Origin: Bacteroidota bacterium
GTDB lineage: Bacteria; Bacteroidota; Bacteroidia; Flavobacteriales_D; Crocinitomicaceae
Reading direction: 5' to 3'
Assembly: GCA_039798485.1 (NCBI GenBank)
Contig: JBDKGB010000027.1
Coordinates: 1,240 to 65,239 of the forward strand
DNA: 64,000 nt
Shown here: positions 40,477 to 50,937 of the stretch, one piece after another
How positions within the stretch are numbered: the first letter of the stretch is position 1
Layout: each line of letters opens with the position of its first letter
Translations under genes and position numbers: made by a program
The notes under the pieces: model-generated
Seen by the model: the letters and a program-made list of their open reading frames with translations, nothing else
Database searches by the model: none
Told to the model about the DNA's origin: nothing

Positions 40477-42908
40477 CAAGAGGATTGAGCACTATTGAAG
40501 CGCAGCGTCGACTTAAAACAAACGGGGCGAATGAACTTCCCGCAAAGGAATCAAAAGGCATATTTCGCATTGTATTGGCGGTTCTTGGCGAACCGATGTT
40601 CCTCCTCTTGATTTCATCGGCCACTCTATACATTATCCTTGGAGATCTTGGGGAAGGCATTACGCTGCTTTCTACCATTAGCATCATCATTGCAATCACA
40701 TTTATCCAACATAGAAAAACAGAAAAAGCCTTGGATGCATTGCGCCACCTTGCAGCTCCCCATGCCACCGTAGAGCGCGATGGTATTTATGTGCGCATTC
40801 CCAGTCGAGAAATCGTGGAGGGTGACCATGTTGCAATCAACGAAGGCGACCGCATTCCAGCAGATGGTAAAGTTCTAGAATGTTTTACCCTTGAAGTCGA
40901 TGAATCTCTACTCACTGGCGAGGCTCTACCTTTGGAAAAAAGATTCGATGAACATCTTTTTGGAGGGACATTGGTCACACGGGGACGAGGTGTCATGGCT
41001 ATAATTTCCACGGGCATCGATACAGAATTTGGAAAGATTGGAATATCCTTGACTGCCATAAAAGAACAACCAACACAACTACAATCTGAATTGGGCAGGC
41101 TGATTAAATGGTTCAGTATTGTAGGTGTAGGACTGTGTATTGCTGTTGTGATCCTTTTCTACTCCACTAGAGGGAACTTTATACAATCTCTACTAAATGG
41201 GCTTTCAGCTGCGATGGCCATACTTCCTGAAGAATTCCCAGTAATAATGACCGTATTCTTAGCCTTGGGAGCTTGGCGGCTGAGTAAATTAAATGTCTTG
41301 ACACGAAAACCATCTGCCATAGAAACGCTTGGATCAGCAACTTTTCTGTGCAGTGATAAAACGGGTACTATCACCTGTAACAAGATGGTAGTATCTACCT
41401 GTGTTCCCTTTGGGGAAAATGATAAAAATAGCGTTGCTGAATACGCCAATTTAGCGTGTATTAAAAATGCGCAAGACCCTATGGAATGTGCAATTCAGCA
41501 TTATTCCTTTGAACGTAAAGAAGACAATGTACTTACGCTAATCAAAGAATATCCGTTCAGCCATAAATTAACTGCCATGACTTTGGTTTATCAGGATGGA
41601 ACGCATTACAAGATCGCATGCAAGGGGGCTCCTGAAACGCTTTTTAAATTGTGTCATTTTACAGCAAGAGAAACGGAAGAGTGGCATGATAAACTCAATC
41701 AACTAGCAAAAAAAGGAATGCGTGTTTTGGGTGTTGCTGAAGGCACTTATCCTGCGAAAAAATTGCCGCTTTCACAAGAGGAATTTACGTTTACGTTTTT
41801 AGGCTTGATCGCATTATCGGACCCTGTACGTGCGGATGTACCTGAAGCAATCACCGAATGTCGCAGTGCAGGTATTCGCATTATTATGTTGACTGGAGAC
41901 CACCCAGAAACGGCAGCAACGATAGGCTTAGAAATTGGACTTCATGCTGAAGCATTGCTTTTGGGTTCCGATATTCAATCGATGACAGACGATCAATTGC
42001 GCGAGAAACTTAGGCATACAGAGATAATTGCACGTCTGAAGCCCGAACAAAAGTTACGCATCGTACTTTCCTTACAAGCCTCAGGGGAAATTGTTGCGAT
42101 GACGGGGGATGGCGTAAACGACGCCCCTGCTTTGAAAGCTGCGAACATTGGTGTTGCCATGGGATTAAAAGGAACAGATGTCGCACGTGAGGCTTCCTCA
42201 TTGATTTTACTCGACGACCATTTTGCCTCCATCGTCCATGCTATCCGTTCGGGTAGAAAAATCTATGACAATTTGCGCAAAGCAATGTCTTATGTTCTCG
42301 CTATACATATCCCAATCATTGGACTTACACTTCTCCCTGCTTTTATTTCCAGTATTCCACTCATCCTAATGCCCCTACACATCGTTTTTATGGAAATCAT
42401 CATCGATCCTGTCAGTTCAGTCGCTTTTGAATCGGAAGCTGAAGAAAAGGATATTATGAAACATCCGCCACGAAAAACAAATGCTCGATTTTTCGGAAGA
42501 AAAGAAATCACGCAAGCGCTCGTAGATGGGTTCTTATTGCTATGCGGCGTGCTTGTTCTCTATTGGATTTCAAAAAATGAAGAACATTCGGACGATCAGC
42601 TCCGGTCGATGGCCTTCATCACACTCATCAGCTCAAATTTACTGATGGTGATGTCGAAGCTCTCTTTATCACGAAGTATTTTCTCTATGTTTTCGAATAA
42701 AAATAAAGCGGCAAAATTCATTTTATTGTCAGCCATTCTGCTCATGATTGGTGTTTTTGCCATACCAGGAGTAGCGCCCTTTTTTCACATGAAATACCCT
42801 GGGAATCTCCATGTGTTTTATGCTTTAAGTACTTCCCTTGTATTTACCTTTTGTCTTGAACTATTGAAGATTCATCGACGTAAAAAATCATCAGGGCTTA
42901 CGGCCTAA
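40473..42908 (+). CDS. Cation-transporting P-type ATPase (P2/P3-like, Ca2+/Mg2+ type)
   Basis: TGE region, phosphorylation site CSDKTGTIT, MLTGDHPETA, GDGVNDAPALK, and 10 predicted TM segments. Confidence 0.9.
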   Translation: MTRGLSTIEAQRRLKTNGANELPAKESKGIFRIVLAVLGEPMFLLLISSATLYIILGDLGEGITLLSTISIIIAITFIQHRKTEKALDALRHLAAPHATVERDGIYVRIPSREIVEGDHVAINEGDRIPADGKVLECFTLEVDESLLTGEALPLEKRFDEHLFGGTLVTRGRGVMAIISTGIDTEFGKIGISLTAIKEQPTQLQSELGRLIKWFSIVGVGLCIAVVILFYSTRGNFIQSLLNGLSAAMAILPEEFPVIMTVFLALGAWRLSKLNVLTRKPSAIETLGSATFLCSDKTGTITCNKMVVSTCVPFGENDKNSVAEYANLACIKNAQDPMECAIQHYSFERKEDNVLTLIKEYPFSHKLTAMTLVYQDGTHYKIACKGAPETLFKLCHFTARETEEWHDKLNQLAKKGMRVLGVAEGTYPAKKLPLSQEEFTFTFLGLIALSDPVRADVPEAITECRSAGIRIIMLTGDHPETAATIGLEIGLHAEALLLGSDIQSMTDDQLREKLRHTEIIARLKPEQKLRIVLSLQASGEIVAMTGDGVNDAPALKAANIGVAMGLKGTDVAREASSLILLDDHFASIVHAIRSGRKIYDNLRKAMSYVLAIHIPIIGLTLLPAFISSIPLILMPLHIVFMEIIIDPVSSVAFESEAEEKDIMKHPPRKTNARFFGRKEITQALVDGFLLLCGVLVLYWISKNEEHSDDQLRSMAFITLISSNLLMVMSKLSLSRSIFSMFSNKNKAAKFILLSAILLMIGVFAIPGVAPFFHMKYPGNLHVFYALSTSLVFTFCLELLKIHRRKKSSGLTA

Positions 42909-44546
42909 AAGTTCAAGAATTGGAGTACCTGTCATGGCACCGCTTCGCTGAAGGTTCAAGATGTGTGACAAAGTTGCAGCGATGTCTGTAATTTCGATCG
43001 GACGAAAGACCTCTTGCGCAGGGATTCCAGAACCGTACCACAACAAAGGAACATGTGTATCGTAGTTGAAGGCGGAACCGTGGCTTGTTCCCTTGTGCGC
43101 TGCTGGCACATCCAACTCTTTCATCAAGTATCCAGGCTCTAAAATAAATACCACATCACCACTTTCTTTCGGATGAATTCCTTTGATGACCATGGCTTGC
43201 CATTGATCTTTTGCTGCACTATTCAGCTCCGAAGGCGTGTAAACCGCTTTAACCCCATCCCAAGAACGTATTTCTTCTGACACAAATTGAGCTACTTGAT
43301 CGATGGTCAAATGCATCTCAGCAATCTTTTTATGGTCCAAATAAATGTTCTGATTCTCTTCACACAGGACCAGAGGAGCACCAAATTTTGCTGCACTTGA
43401 CGTTTTTAACAATTCAAGCGGCTCCTTGACAAACGTATACCCACCTGGTAACTTTAGATCAATCAAATATTGGGGCACAGGAACTACTGCATGATCTGCC
43501 GTCAGGAACACAACAAAACCATCTTTACCGTATTGCTTTTCAAGTTGACAGAGTAAACGTGCTATCTCGAGATCCAACCGTAAATACATGTCTTCAAGTT
43601 CAACAGAACGCATCCCGAATGAATGCCCTGCGATATCGGGGGTTGAATAGGAAATACAGAGCATATCGGTTTGCGCATCCGCTCCAAGATTCTCTGATGT
43701 CATGGCTTGAATTGCAAAATTTGTGAGGTAGGTATTTGCAAAAGGTGTTACCGTAAACAAGGAGAAATTGTTTTTTCCTGCAGCAAGGGATGATGCATTC
43801 ATTTGTGCCAAATCGTAAGGAAATGTAGGTGTCGATTTCCCTGCGAGCACTTGTTCGTAGGGAGAATCATCTGGACCGGATGCCGTATAACTTGAAATCT
43901 CGTGTAAGGTATTCCAAGACTGCTTCATGTACTTTTCTGCATTGTCTTTTGCATTGAAATCCTGCACCCATTGCGGCAATTCACTTTTGTAGAAGGAACT
44001 CGTAATAAATTTTCCAGTTGCATAATCAAACCAATACGAACCATTGCTCAAATGTCCACCTGGTAAAATCGCGCTACGGTCCTTGATGGAAACAGAGACA
44101 ACCCGTGCATTCGGATAAGTCATTTTCAGCTGATCCGTGATGGTGTATGTTTTTAAATTCTTTGGCGAACATTTTCCTCCTGCTGAACTAGTTCCTACTG
44201 ATGTTGCGGTGGAGTCGAAAACACAGTTCAGCACACTTCCTGAATTCCGATCGTACCATTCATTCCCAACGATTCCATGATTGGCCGGTGTCGTCCCTGT
44301 GTAGATACTTGCATGCCCTGGACCAGTAAATGTTGGGACATAATTGTACATGGTTGTGCGGCAGTTCGTTCCATTATGCATGATTTTGTTGAAGCCATTT
44401 TCGCCAAATCGTGCTTGGTACCGATAGAGGTATTCGTAGCACATTTGGTCAACAACAATACCGACAACAAGTTTGGGTTGCGCGGACTTTTGATTGAAAG
44501 CCAACATGGGCAAACAAAGCACAATGGATACGAGCAGGTTTTTCAT
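42891..44546 (-). CDS. pafA: Alkaline phosphatase, PafA-like (nucleotide pyrophosphatase/phosphodiesterase superfamily)
   Basis: Signal peptide, VVGIVVDQMCYEYLYRY, PTFTGPGHASIYTG, and C-terminal GTSHGS. Confidence 0.8.
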   Translation of the reverse strand: MKNLLVSIVLCLPMLAFNQKSAQPKLVVGIVVDQMCYEYLYRYQARFGENGFNKIMHNGTNCRTTMYNYVPTFTGPGHASIYTGTTPANHGIVGNEWYDRNSGSVLNCVFDSTATSVGTSSAGGKCSPKNLKTYTITDQLKMTYPNARVVSVSIKDRSAILPGGHLSNGSYWFDYATGKFITSSFYKSELPQWVQDFNAKDNAEKYMKQSWNTLHEISSYTASGPDDSPYEQVLAGKSTPTFPYDLAQMNASSLAAGKNNFSLFTVTPFANTYLTNFAIQAMTSENLGADAQTDMLCISYSTPDIAGHSFGMRSVELEDMYLRLDLEIARLLCQLEKQYGKDGFVVFLTADHAVVPVPQYLIDLKLPGGYTFVKEPLELLKTSSAAKFGAPLVLCEENQNIYLDHKKIAEMHLTIDQVAQFVSEEIRSWDGVKAVYTPSELNSAAKDQWQAMVIKGIHPKESGDVVFILEPGYLMKELDVPAAHKGTSHGSAFNYDTHVPLLWYGSGIPAQEVFRPIEITDIAATLSHILNLQRSGAMTGTPILELLGRKP

Positions 44547-44625
44547 GAACGATATTTTGATGCTTAAAATTAGTCAAAGCAATACATTCGCGTTCATTTC
44601 ACCATTAACTTTGCAACAAAAAAAG

Positions 44626-45216
44626 ATGCTCGGACTGAAAATGGCGACCGATCCTCGTTGGGTGAACATCGTTGAAAAGAACATTCAAGAAATTCTGATT
44701 GATCATGCATACTGCGAGCAGAAAGCGGCAAGCAATGCGATCTCGATGATTGTTCAGTACCCTCAATACCCTGATTTGGTTGAGGCCATGACGGCCATTT
44801 GCCGAGAGGAAATGGAACATTTCAATATGGTTCATCAAAAACTTCAGGAGCGTGGCTTGGCATTGGGATTCGAACGCAAGGACCCCTATGTGCATGACCT
44901 GTCCGATTACTTAAAAAAGAACAAAAACACAGGGTCACGTGCGAGTCACTTTGTGAATCAAATGCTCTTTGCGGCCATGATCGAAGCGCGCAGTTGCGAG
45001 CGATTTAAAATACTCTCCGAGGAAATCAATGACGAAGATTTACGAGGTTTTTACCGATCACTTATGGAAAGTGAGGCCCGTCATTACACGACGTTTCTTG
45101 GCTTTGCTCGAAAATATGGAGATGGAATTGATGTTGAAGAGCGCTGGAGTGATTTCTTGGCATTTGAGTCCTCGCTGATGGACAAATATGGGAAGGGCGA
45201 AACGATGCATGGATAA
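44626..45216 (+). CDS. miaE: tRNA-(ms2io6A)-hydroxylase
   Basis: MLGLKMATDPRWVNIVEKN...LIDHAYCEQKAA, with di-iron motifs EEMEHF and ESEARH. I trimmed the start to the ATG at 44626 because the longer ORF overlaps pafA. Confidence 0.85.
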   Translation: MLGLKMATDPRWVNIVEKNIQEILIDHAYCEQKAASNAISMIVQYPQYPDLVEAMTAICREEMEHFNMVHQKLQERGLALGFERKDPYVHDLSDYLKKNKNTGSRASHFVNQMLFAAMIEARSCERFKILSEEINDEDLRGFYRSLMESEARHYTTFLGFARKYGDGIDVEERWSDFLAFESSLMDKYGKGETMHG

Positions 45217-45217
45217 T

Positions 45218-45251
45218 AAAAAGGGGCAAAATTCAATTCGCCCCTTTTTTG
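45218..45251. terminator. Bidirectional rho-independent terminator between miaE and the M14 peptidase gene
   Basis: AAAAGGGGC-(loop)-GCCCCTTTTTT sits between two convergent genes. Confidence 0.7.
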
Positions 45252-45272
45252 TGCATGTATGAAATACCTCGA

Positions 45273-48107
45273 TTAAAGAACGGCAAATTTCAATTGACCA
45301 ATCTTTCCATTTTTCACTGTTTGCAAATAGAAGATTCCACTGCTCACACGGTCAAGTTGAATCATTTGAGTGCTTGACACAATGTTTTCAGCAAGAACAA
45401 CCTTTCCATTCATGTCGTATACTTTTAATACTTGACCAATTTCAAGCCCTGTTACGATAAATTGTCCATTGTTTGGATTTGGAAGGACCTTCACACCGTT
45501 ATAAATGAGATTATCAATGGATGCGCAATCTTCAACAGTAAGCACCAAGGTGTTTGTTCCAATACATCCATTTGCATCTGCATACGTAGCCGTCAACGTT
45601 TGCGCACCTAAGCCAGCAATCGTTGGATCAAAGGATCCACCAGAAACACCAACTCCAGTCACCACAGAATTGGCAGGAGAAACTGTCAACTGAACTGTTC
45701 CATCGCTGATACAAACCGCATTGTTCACTGCTGAACTTGTGATTGTAACCACTGGAAGCGCATTCACGGTAATGTAATTTGTCAACGTTGATGTATTCGA
45801 ACCTGCTGTATTTGTTACCGTGAGGGTTACCGTATACGTTCCAGGAGTTGCATAAACGTGCGAAGGCGACTGATCAGTCGATGTTGTATTGTCACCGAAA
45901 TTCCATGCCCATGTCGTTGGTTGGTTCGCTGAAAGATCATTGAAAGCTACTGGGCTATTGACACAAACAGATGTAGACGCCGTGTTGAATGATGCTGTAG
46001 GTGCCACGGCAGGACCAGCCTCATTGAACATGATTTTAAAATCATCGAAGTAGAATCCATCTCCATTTGTTCCGTTGTCTGATGCCAATTTGAAGCGCAC
46101 TTTAATCACCTGTCCGAGGTAATCACTTAGGTTAATTTCTTCAAGTACCCAGTTGGACTGCACTCCTTCGTACACAGGTTGATTGTTGGGTTGAACACTT
46201 CCATTCGCGTTTGTTCCAGGTACAGTATAGTTTCCGCACTGACCAATCCACGTTGTTCCACCATCCGTAGACACTTGAAACTGAACGTAGTCGTAATCTG
46301 CTTCAATGTTCCATTTTGCATAGTACGAAATCCCTGCTGCCGTTGCATTCGTCAAATCGATTGTCGGCACATACGTATAGGTTTTTGAAGCGATATTGTT
46401 CGCATAGTTTCCTGTTGGACTATCCGTGTACGATGTTGAAGCAGAAACGAAGGTAGACGTTGTTGTTCCCCATGTACCTGTCCAGTTGGCATTTGAACCA
46501 TCTTCCACAACTTGCACTGTCAACGCACCATACGTTTTAACGATGGTATCCTTCTTTACCCACATGCCGTTGTCAGTCTTCAAAATGTACTTGATTTGAT
46601 CACCGTACTGGATTGCAGGATTCAACACATAAGAAATGGCACCAGAAGTATTCGTCATCAAAGGGACATTGTAAACTACAGGAGCACCTACAGATTGAAT
46701 GTTCAACAAGGGCTGAATAGAAACCGTTATAGCTCCATTTTCACGTCCCAAACGCTGCGCTGTATGCGAGAAGTTGCCTGTTAATGTCGCTACCGTTGAC
46801 GGATCAGCATCTTTCACGATTAAGTACTTTCGGCTGATGTGTGCAAGAACTAGGTTCGGGAACAACATGTCCTTGCAGGTAGCATCAATTTCCGAAGCGG
46901 GTTGCCAAAATGCAGTACCTACTTCAGGTGTATGCACAAACATGGTGTCTTTAACGCCTACTCCAATATCCAATTTGTACATGTAGTCATCTGAATCCCC
47001 CGAAGCTGGGTACAAAGCGGAACTTTTCATTGCTGTGTAGCCATTGTACTGTACCATATGATTTGTTTCCGCTTGGAAATAATTGTGGTGGGGAGCAAAT
47101 TCAGCTACAGTTGTTCCAATAGGGAAAAGAATATCTTCCGCATAGGTGTGCGCATTGAACGCTGTAATAAAATGATTGTTCTGCACCAACCAGCGTATTG
47201 CTTGCACTTCAGGCTCGGAATATGCTGCCGTTCCGCAGTAGGTATCGTTGCTTGTATTCGTGCTAGTTCCTGTTGTTCCCCAACCGTAGCCGTAATTTCT
47301 ATTCAAGTCAACACCGTAAACACCACCACCGTTGTTGCGGCGATTCTTGCGCCACATTCCACCACCATTCGGGTTTGTTGATTCGTTGTACAAATACCCG
47401 TCAACATTGATACATGGCACAAAGTAAAGCTGCATGTTGTCAACGATGTATTTTACCTCATCATTCGTAGCGTAGTTTTCCAACAGGTACCACATGTAAA
47501 AAATCGTTTCCATCATGCTCATTGGTTCACGCGCATGGTGAATGGCGGTATAAAGAACTTTCGTCTCTGCACTTTCGTCGGTAGCTGCGTTATCAGAGAT
47601 GCGCACGTAATAAATTGGGCGATTTTCTCGCGACAAAAAGGTAGAAATTGGTGCTTTAGCCGTGATTAAATTTGGGTATAATGTTGCCATTTGATCCAAT
47701 TCGGCAAGCATTTCATTGTATTTCAAGTACCCCCCCATTGTTCCTTGGTTGAAGTTCGTCGGCGTAACAGGACTAAATCCAGAATTCGCACCACCTCCAG
47801 CGCAGCTTGCATTTTTAGGAACGTACCCACTTGGATCAGACATGTGTTCAATGTAATATGCCTGAACATCCTCAATCAAAACCTCATAATTGAAATTGTT
47901 GGCATCCATGATGTCCATTTCCAAATTCGAAAAATCGGAAATAAAGAAGACACCCTCTTTGTAGGTGCCGTGGTCTACCGTAACACCTAAATCACCTAAA
48001 CGCTTCAATTCTAGCGCATCAGCAAATACTTTAACGCGTGAATATGAGGTTTGAGCAAAACTTAAGGTACTTAAAACAGTAAAAAGGAGAGTAATTAGTT
48101 TTTTCAT
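45273..48107 (-). CDS. Secreted M14 zinc carboxypeptidase with a PKD domain and a T9SS type A C-terminal sorting domain
   Basis: Signal peptide MKKLITLLFTVLSTLSFAQ, M14 motif HHAREPMS, PKD segment (WNFGDNTTS...HVYATPGTYTVTLTVTN), and CTD (VLPNPNNGQF...GIFYLQ). Confidence 0.85.
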   Translation of the reverse strand: MKKLITLLFTVLSTLSFAQTSYSRVKVFADALELKRLGDLGVTVDHGTYKEGVFFISDFSNLEMDIMDANNFNYEVLIEDVQAYYIEHMSDPSGYVPKNASCAGGGANSGFSPVTPTNFNQGTMGGYLKYNEMLAELDQMATLYPNLITAKAPISTFLSRENRPIYYVRISDNAATDESAETKVLYTAIHHAREPMSMMETIFYMWYLLENYATNDEVKYIVDNMQLYFVPCINVDGYLYNESTNPNGGGMWRKNRRNNGGGVYGVDLNRNYGYGWGTTGTSTNTSNDTYCGTAAYSEPEVQAIRWLVQNNHFITAFNAHTYAEDILFPIGTTVAEFAPHHNYFQAETNHMVQYNGYTAMKSSALYPASGDSDDYMYKLDIGVGVKDTMFVHTPEVGTAFWQPASEIDATCKDMLFPNLVLAHISRKYLIVKDADPSTVATLTGNFSHTAQRLGRENGAITVSIQPLLNIQSVGAPVVYNVPLMTNTSGAISYVLNPAIQYGDQIKYILKTDNGMWVKKDTIVKTYGALTVQVVEDGSNANWTGTWGTTTSTFVSASTSYTDSPTGNYANNIASKTYTYVPTIDLTNATAAGISYYAKWNIEADYDYVQFQVSTDGGTTWIGQCGNYTVPGTNANGSVQPNNQPVYEGVQSNWVLEEINLSDYLGQVIKVRFKLASDNGTNGDGFYFDDFKIMFNEAGPAVAPTASFNTASTSVCVNSPVAFNDLSANQPTTWAWNFGDNTTSTDQSPSHVYATPGTYTVTLTVTNTAGSNTSTLTNYITVNALPVVTITSSAVNNAVCISDGTVQLTVSPANSVVTGVGVSGGSFDPTIAGLGAQTLTATYADANGCIGTNTLVLTVEDCASIDNLIYNGVKVLPNPNNGQFIVTGLEIGQVLKVYDMNGKVVLAENIVSSTQMIQLDRVSSGIFYLQTVKNGKIGQLKFAVL

Positions 48108-48334
48108 TTCTGGCAAAGTTTGCAGCCAATTTACGGCTTTTTTTTATCCATGCCCTACTTCAATACCATTTCATTTTTCAAAATCGGAAAATATTTTTGA
48201 ACTAATCCTCTAATCATTGAATAATCAGCAGAAACAGATTTTAAGTCAACAAAATCCATGATCCAATTACGGAAAAAACAAGCCTTCAATTTTATCAGCG
48301 GAAAGCATTATTTTTGATAAAAAAAACGGATTGT

Positions 48335-50131
48335 ATGCCTGAAAATAAAATCACCTTTGGAAAAATATTTTGGCCAAGTTTACTCGCCATTTTTATCATG
48401 ACCATCATTGGCTTGTTCTTGTTCATATTAATTGTGGGTGGAATCATCGGAAGTTTTGGTGAATTTGGACCTAAACCACTATCCCTTAAGAACAATACAG
48501 TCTTGCACATGACATTGGACGGTGAAATCGGAGAACAGTCAACAAGCACCTTTGATCCAACATCGTTTAATGTGAACAGAACCATTGGCTTGAGTGATAT
48601 CCTTTTCGGCATTGAAACAGCTAAAAACGACAGCAAGGTGAAAGGAATCTTTTTGGAGGTTGGCGATTTAAATTGTGGCTATGCGAGTACCCGTGAAATC
48701 AGAGAAGCACTCATTGACTTTAAAGAAGCTGGGAAATTTATTGTGGCCTACAATGCCGGGGAAGTCATCACGCAAAAAGAGTTCTACTTAAGTGCTGTAG
48801 CGAATGAACTCTATGCTTTCCCGTCGTCGGCCATGGAGTTTTTTGGACTTGGTGCTGAACTTACCTATTTCAAAAACACCTTGGACAAATTGGATGTAGA
48901 AGTAGAAATCATACGCGGCAGCAACAACGATTTCAAGAGCGCAGTTGAGCCATTTTTCCGAACTGAGATGAGTGATTCAAGCCGTGTGCAAATTGAACGT
49001 TACTTGACATCGATGTGGGAAGACATTCGTATGGACATCTCTAAAGATCGCAATGTTTCCGTTTCGAAGCTGAATGAAATTGCGGAAAAAGCATCCATTC
49101 GCAGAGCAAATGACGCAATTAAGCTGAAGATGATTGATGGTGTGATGTACCGCGATGAAGTCATTGAATTGATTTCCGAGAAAATTGGTTTAGACAAAGA
49201 CGAAGAAATTGAATTTCAAGCTTTTGAGAAATATGCCCGCAAAAAATTCTATTCAGAGCAAGCATTAACAAAAAATGACGACCCAAACATTGCAGTCATT
49301 TTGGCGGAAGGTGATATTTCAACAGATGGCGATGGTTTGACATCCAAAGAAATCTGCAAACTCTTTCAGGACGTACGTAAAAACAGCTCCATCAAAACCG
49401 TTGTTTTCCGGGTAAACAGTCCAGGAGGAAGTGCATTGGCAAGCGACGAAATTTGGCGTGAAGTTGTGCTCACGAATAAGTCGAAGAAGGTTATTGTTTC
49501 GATGGGTGATGTTGCGGCTTCTGGAGGCTATTACATCGCTGCACCAGGCACAACAATCTTTGCTGAACCTACAACCATTACAGGATCCATTGGGGTTTTT
49601 GGAATGATTCCTTACTTAGGAAAGATGCTGGAAAACAAATTGGGAATCACCTTCGACCGTGCTGGAACCAATGCGCACTCAATCATGTCGCTCATGAAAA
49701 AATTGACACCAGACGAGTTGAAAATGATTCAAGAGGAAGTAGACTTCACGTACTTGGAGTTTCTCAACCGTGTTGCGGTTGGAAGAGGTCTTTCTGTAGA
49801 CAACGTGAATGTCATCGCACGAGGTCGTGTTTGGACAGGCCGAGATGCACTTCAAATCGGGCTTGTTGACCGCTTGGGTGGACTGCGCGACGCCATTCAA
49901 TACGCCTCTAAAAAAGCTGGGATAAAAGACAAAAAGGTCCTCTATTATCCGTTGAAAGAAGAAGATATGTGGCAAGAACTACTTGAAGATTTTGAAGAGG
50001 AAAATGGCGACATGGTAATGGCGAAAAATAAATTGCCTGAAGCACTTACAGCATCTTACGAATCATTGCTGCACATGAGCAATCGCTTCGGTATTCAGAT
50101 GCGCTTACCTTACGAAATCACGATCCATTAA
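48335..50131 (+). CDS. sppA: Signal peptide peptidase SppA, 67K type
   Basis: Two ClpP-like S49 domains, including the SMGDVAASGGYYIA serine site. I trimmed the start to the ATG at 48335. Confidence 0.85.
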   Translation: MPENKITFGKIFWPSLLAIFIMTIIGLFLFILIVGGIIGSFGEFGPKPLSLKNNTVLHMTLDGEIGEQSTSTFDPTSFNVNRTIGLSDILFGIETAKNDSKVKGIFLEVGDLNCGYASTREIREALIDFKEAGKFIVAYNAGEVITQKEFYLSAVANELYAFPSSAMEFFGLGAELTYFKNTLDKLDVEVEIIRGSNNDFKSAVEPFFRTEMSDSSRVQIERYLTSMWEDIRMDISKDRNVSVSKLNEIAEKASIRRANDAIKLKMIDGVMYRDEVIELISEKIGLDKDEEIEFQAFEKYARKKFYSEQALTKNDDPNIAVILAEGDISTDGDGLTSKEICKLFQDVRKNSSIKTVVFRVNSPGGSALASDEIWREVVLTNKSKKVIVSMGDVAASGGYYIAAPGTTIFAEPTTITGSIGVFGMIPYLGKMLENKLGITFDRAGTNAHSIMSLMKKLTPDELKMIQEEVDFTYLEFLNRVAVGRGLSVDNVNVIARGRVWTGRDALQIGLVDRLGGLRDAIQYASKKAGIKDKKVLYYPLKEEDMWQELLEDFEEENGDMVMAKNKLPEALTASYESLLHMSNRFGIQMRLPYEITIH

Positions 50132-50838
50132 CCGTTGTTTCGACGGCGGTAATTGCGTTTCTTGCTGGTCCACTTGTATTGGCGCTTGTTGCTGAAATTG
50201 CTCTTGTACACAGGCTTCACACGGTAAACAAGTCCAATGGTGTGTTGCACATAATCGGTGTTTGACGCCCAGATATCGGACACCAATCCAAGTTTTCCTG
50301 CTGTCTGAAGACGTAAACCCCAACTTTTTGAGAACCATAGATTTGCACCTAAGGTTAGACTTAACATTGGTGTAATTGGGGTCGACATCGTTTGACGGTA
50401 CGTCATACCAGCGCCAAACGCAAAATACATGTCAAGCCATTGAGCATAATAGGCCATGCGTGGTAAGAAACTGTATTTCAACGAAACATCTGCCGCTACA
50501 AAAACACCTTTGACTCCTGTTGAGTCGTTGATCAACTTCGACGTTGTATAGCGGTTGTAGGACAATGCGCCATCTACACTCCAACCGCGCTTTAAGTACT
50601 TATCAATGGAAAGTGTAGTTGGATAGTATAGGTAATTCCAAGAGGTCGTGTAGTCTAAAAGGTTTGAAAAAGCTAGGCCATCGTCGTCGACAACATTCCA
50701 TCCAAGGCCAAACATCCACTTGTACGGATCATTTCTTTTTCGCAGGTATTGAGATTGCGCGTACATGGCATTCGCCCATACACACAACAAAAGTGTAAAA
50801 AGAAGAGGAGCGAATTTCCGTGTTGTTATTCTCGACAT
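50128..50838 (-). CDS. Putative outer-membrane beta-barrel protein with a basic tail
   Basis: Signal peptide (FAPLLFTLLLCVWANAMYAQ) and alternating aromatic/hydrophobic beta-strand patterning. No specific family recognised. Confidence 0.5.
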   Translation of the reverse strand: MSRITTRKFAPLLFTLLLCVWANAMYAQSQYLRKRNDPYKWMFGLGWNVVDDDGLAFSNLLDYTTSWNYLYYPTTLSIDKYLKRGWSVDGALSYNRYTTSKLINDSTGVKGVFVAADVSLKYSFLPRMAYYAQWLDMYFAFGAGMTYRQTMSTPITPMLSLTLGANLWFSKSWGLRLQTAGKLGLVSDIWASNTDYVQHTIGLVYRVKPVYKSNFSNKRQYKWTSKKRNYRRRNNG

Positions 50839-50937
50839 ATACCTGTGTTCACAATAGTTGAATTGCCACAAAGGTACGCAACTCCATCAAAAAAAGAAGC
50901 CCCCGAAAAATCGAGGGCTTCCAATACCTAGTATTAC

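Noticed and set aside
40448-40829. Minus-strand ORFs 40448..40768 and 40626..40829
   Set aside because: They are antisense to the well-supported P-type ATPase N-terminus and have no motifs.
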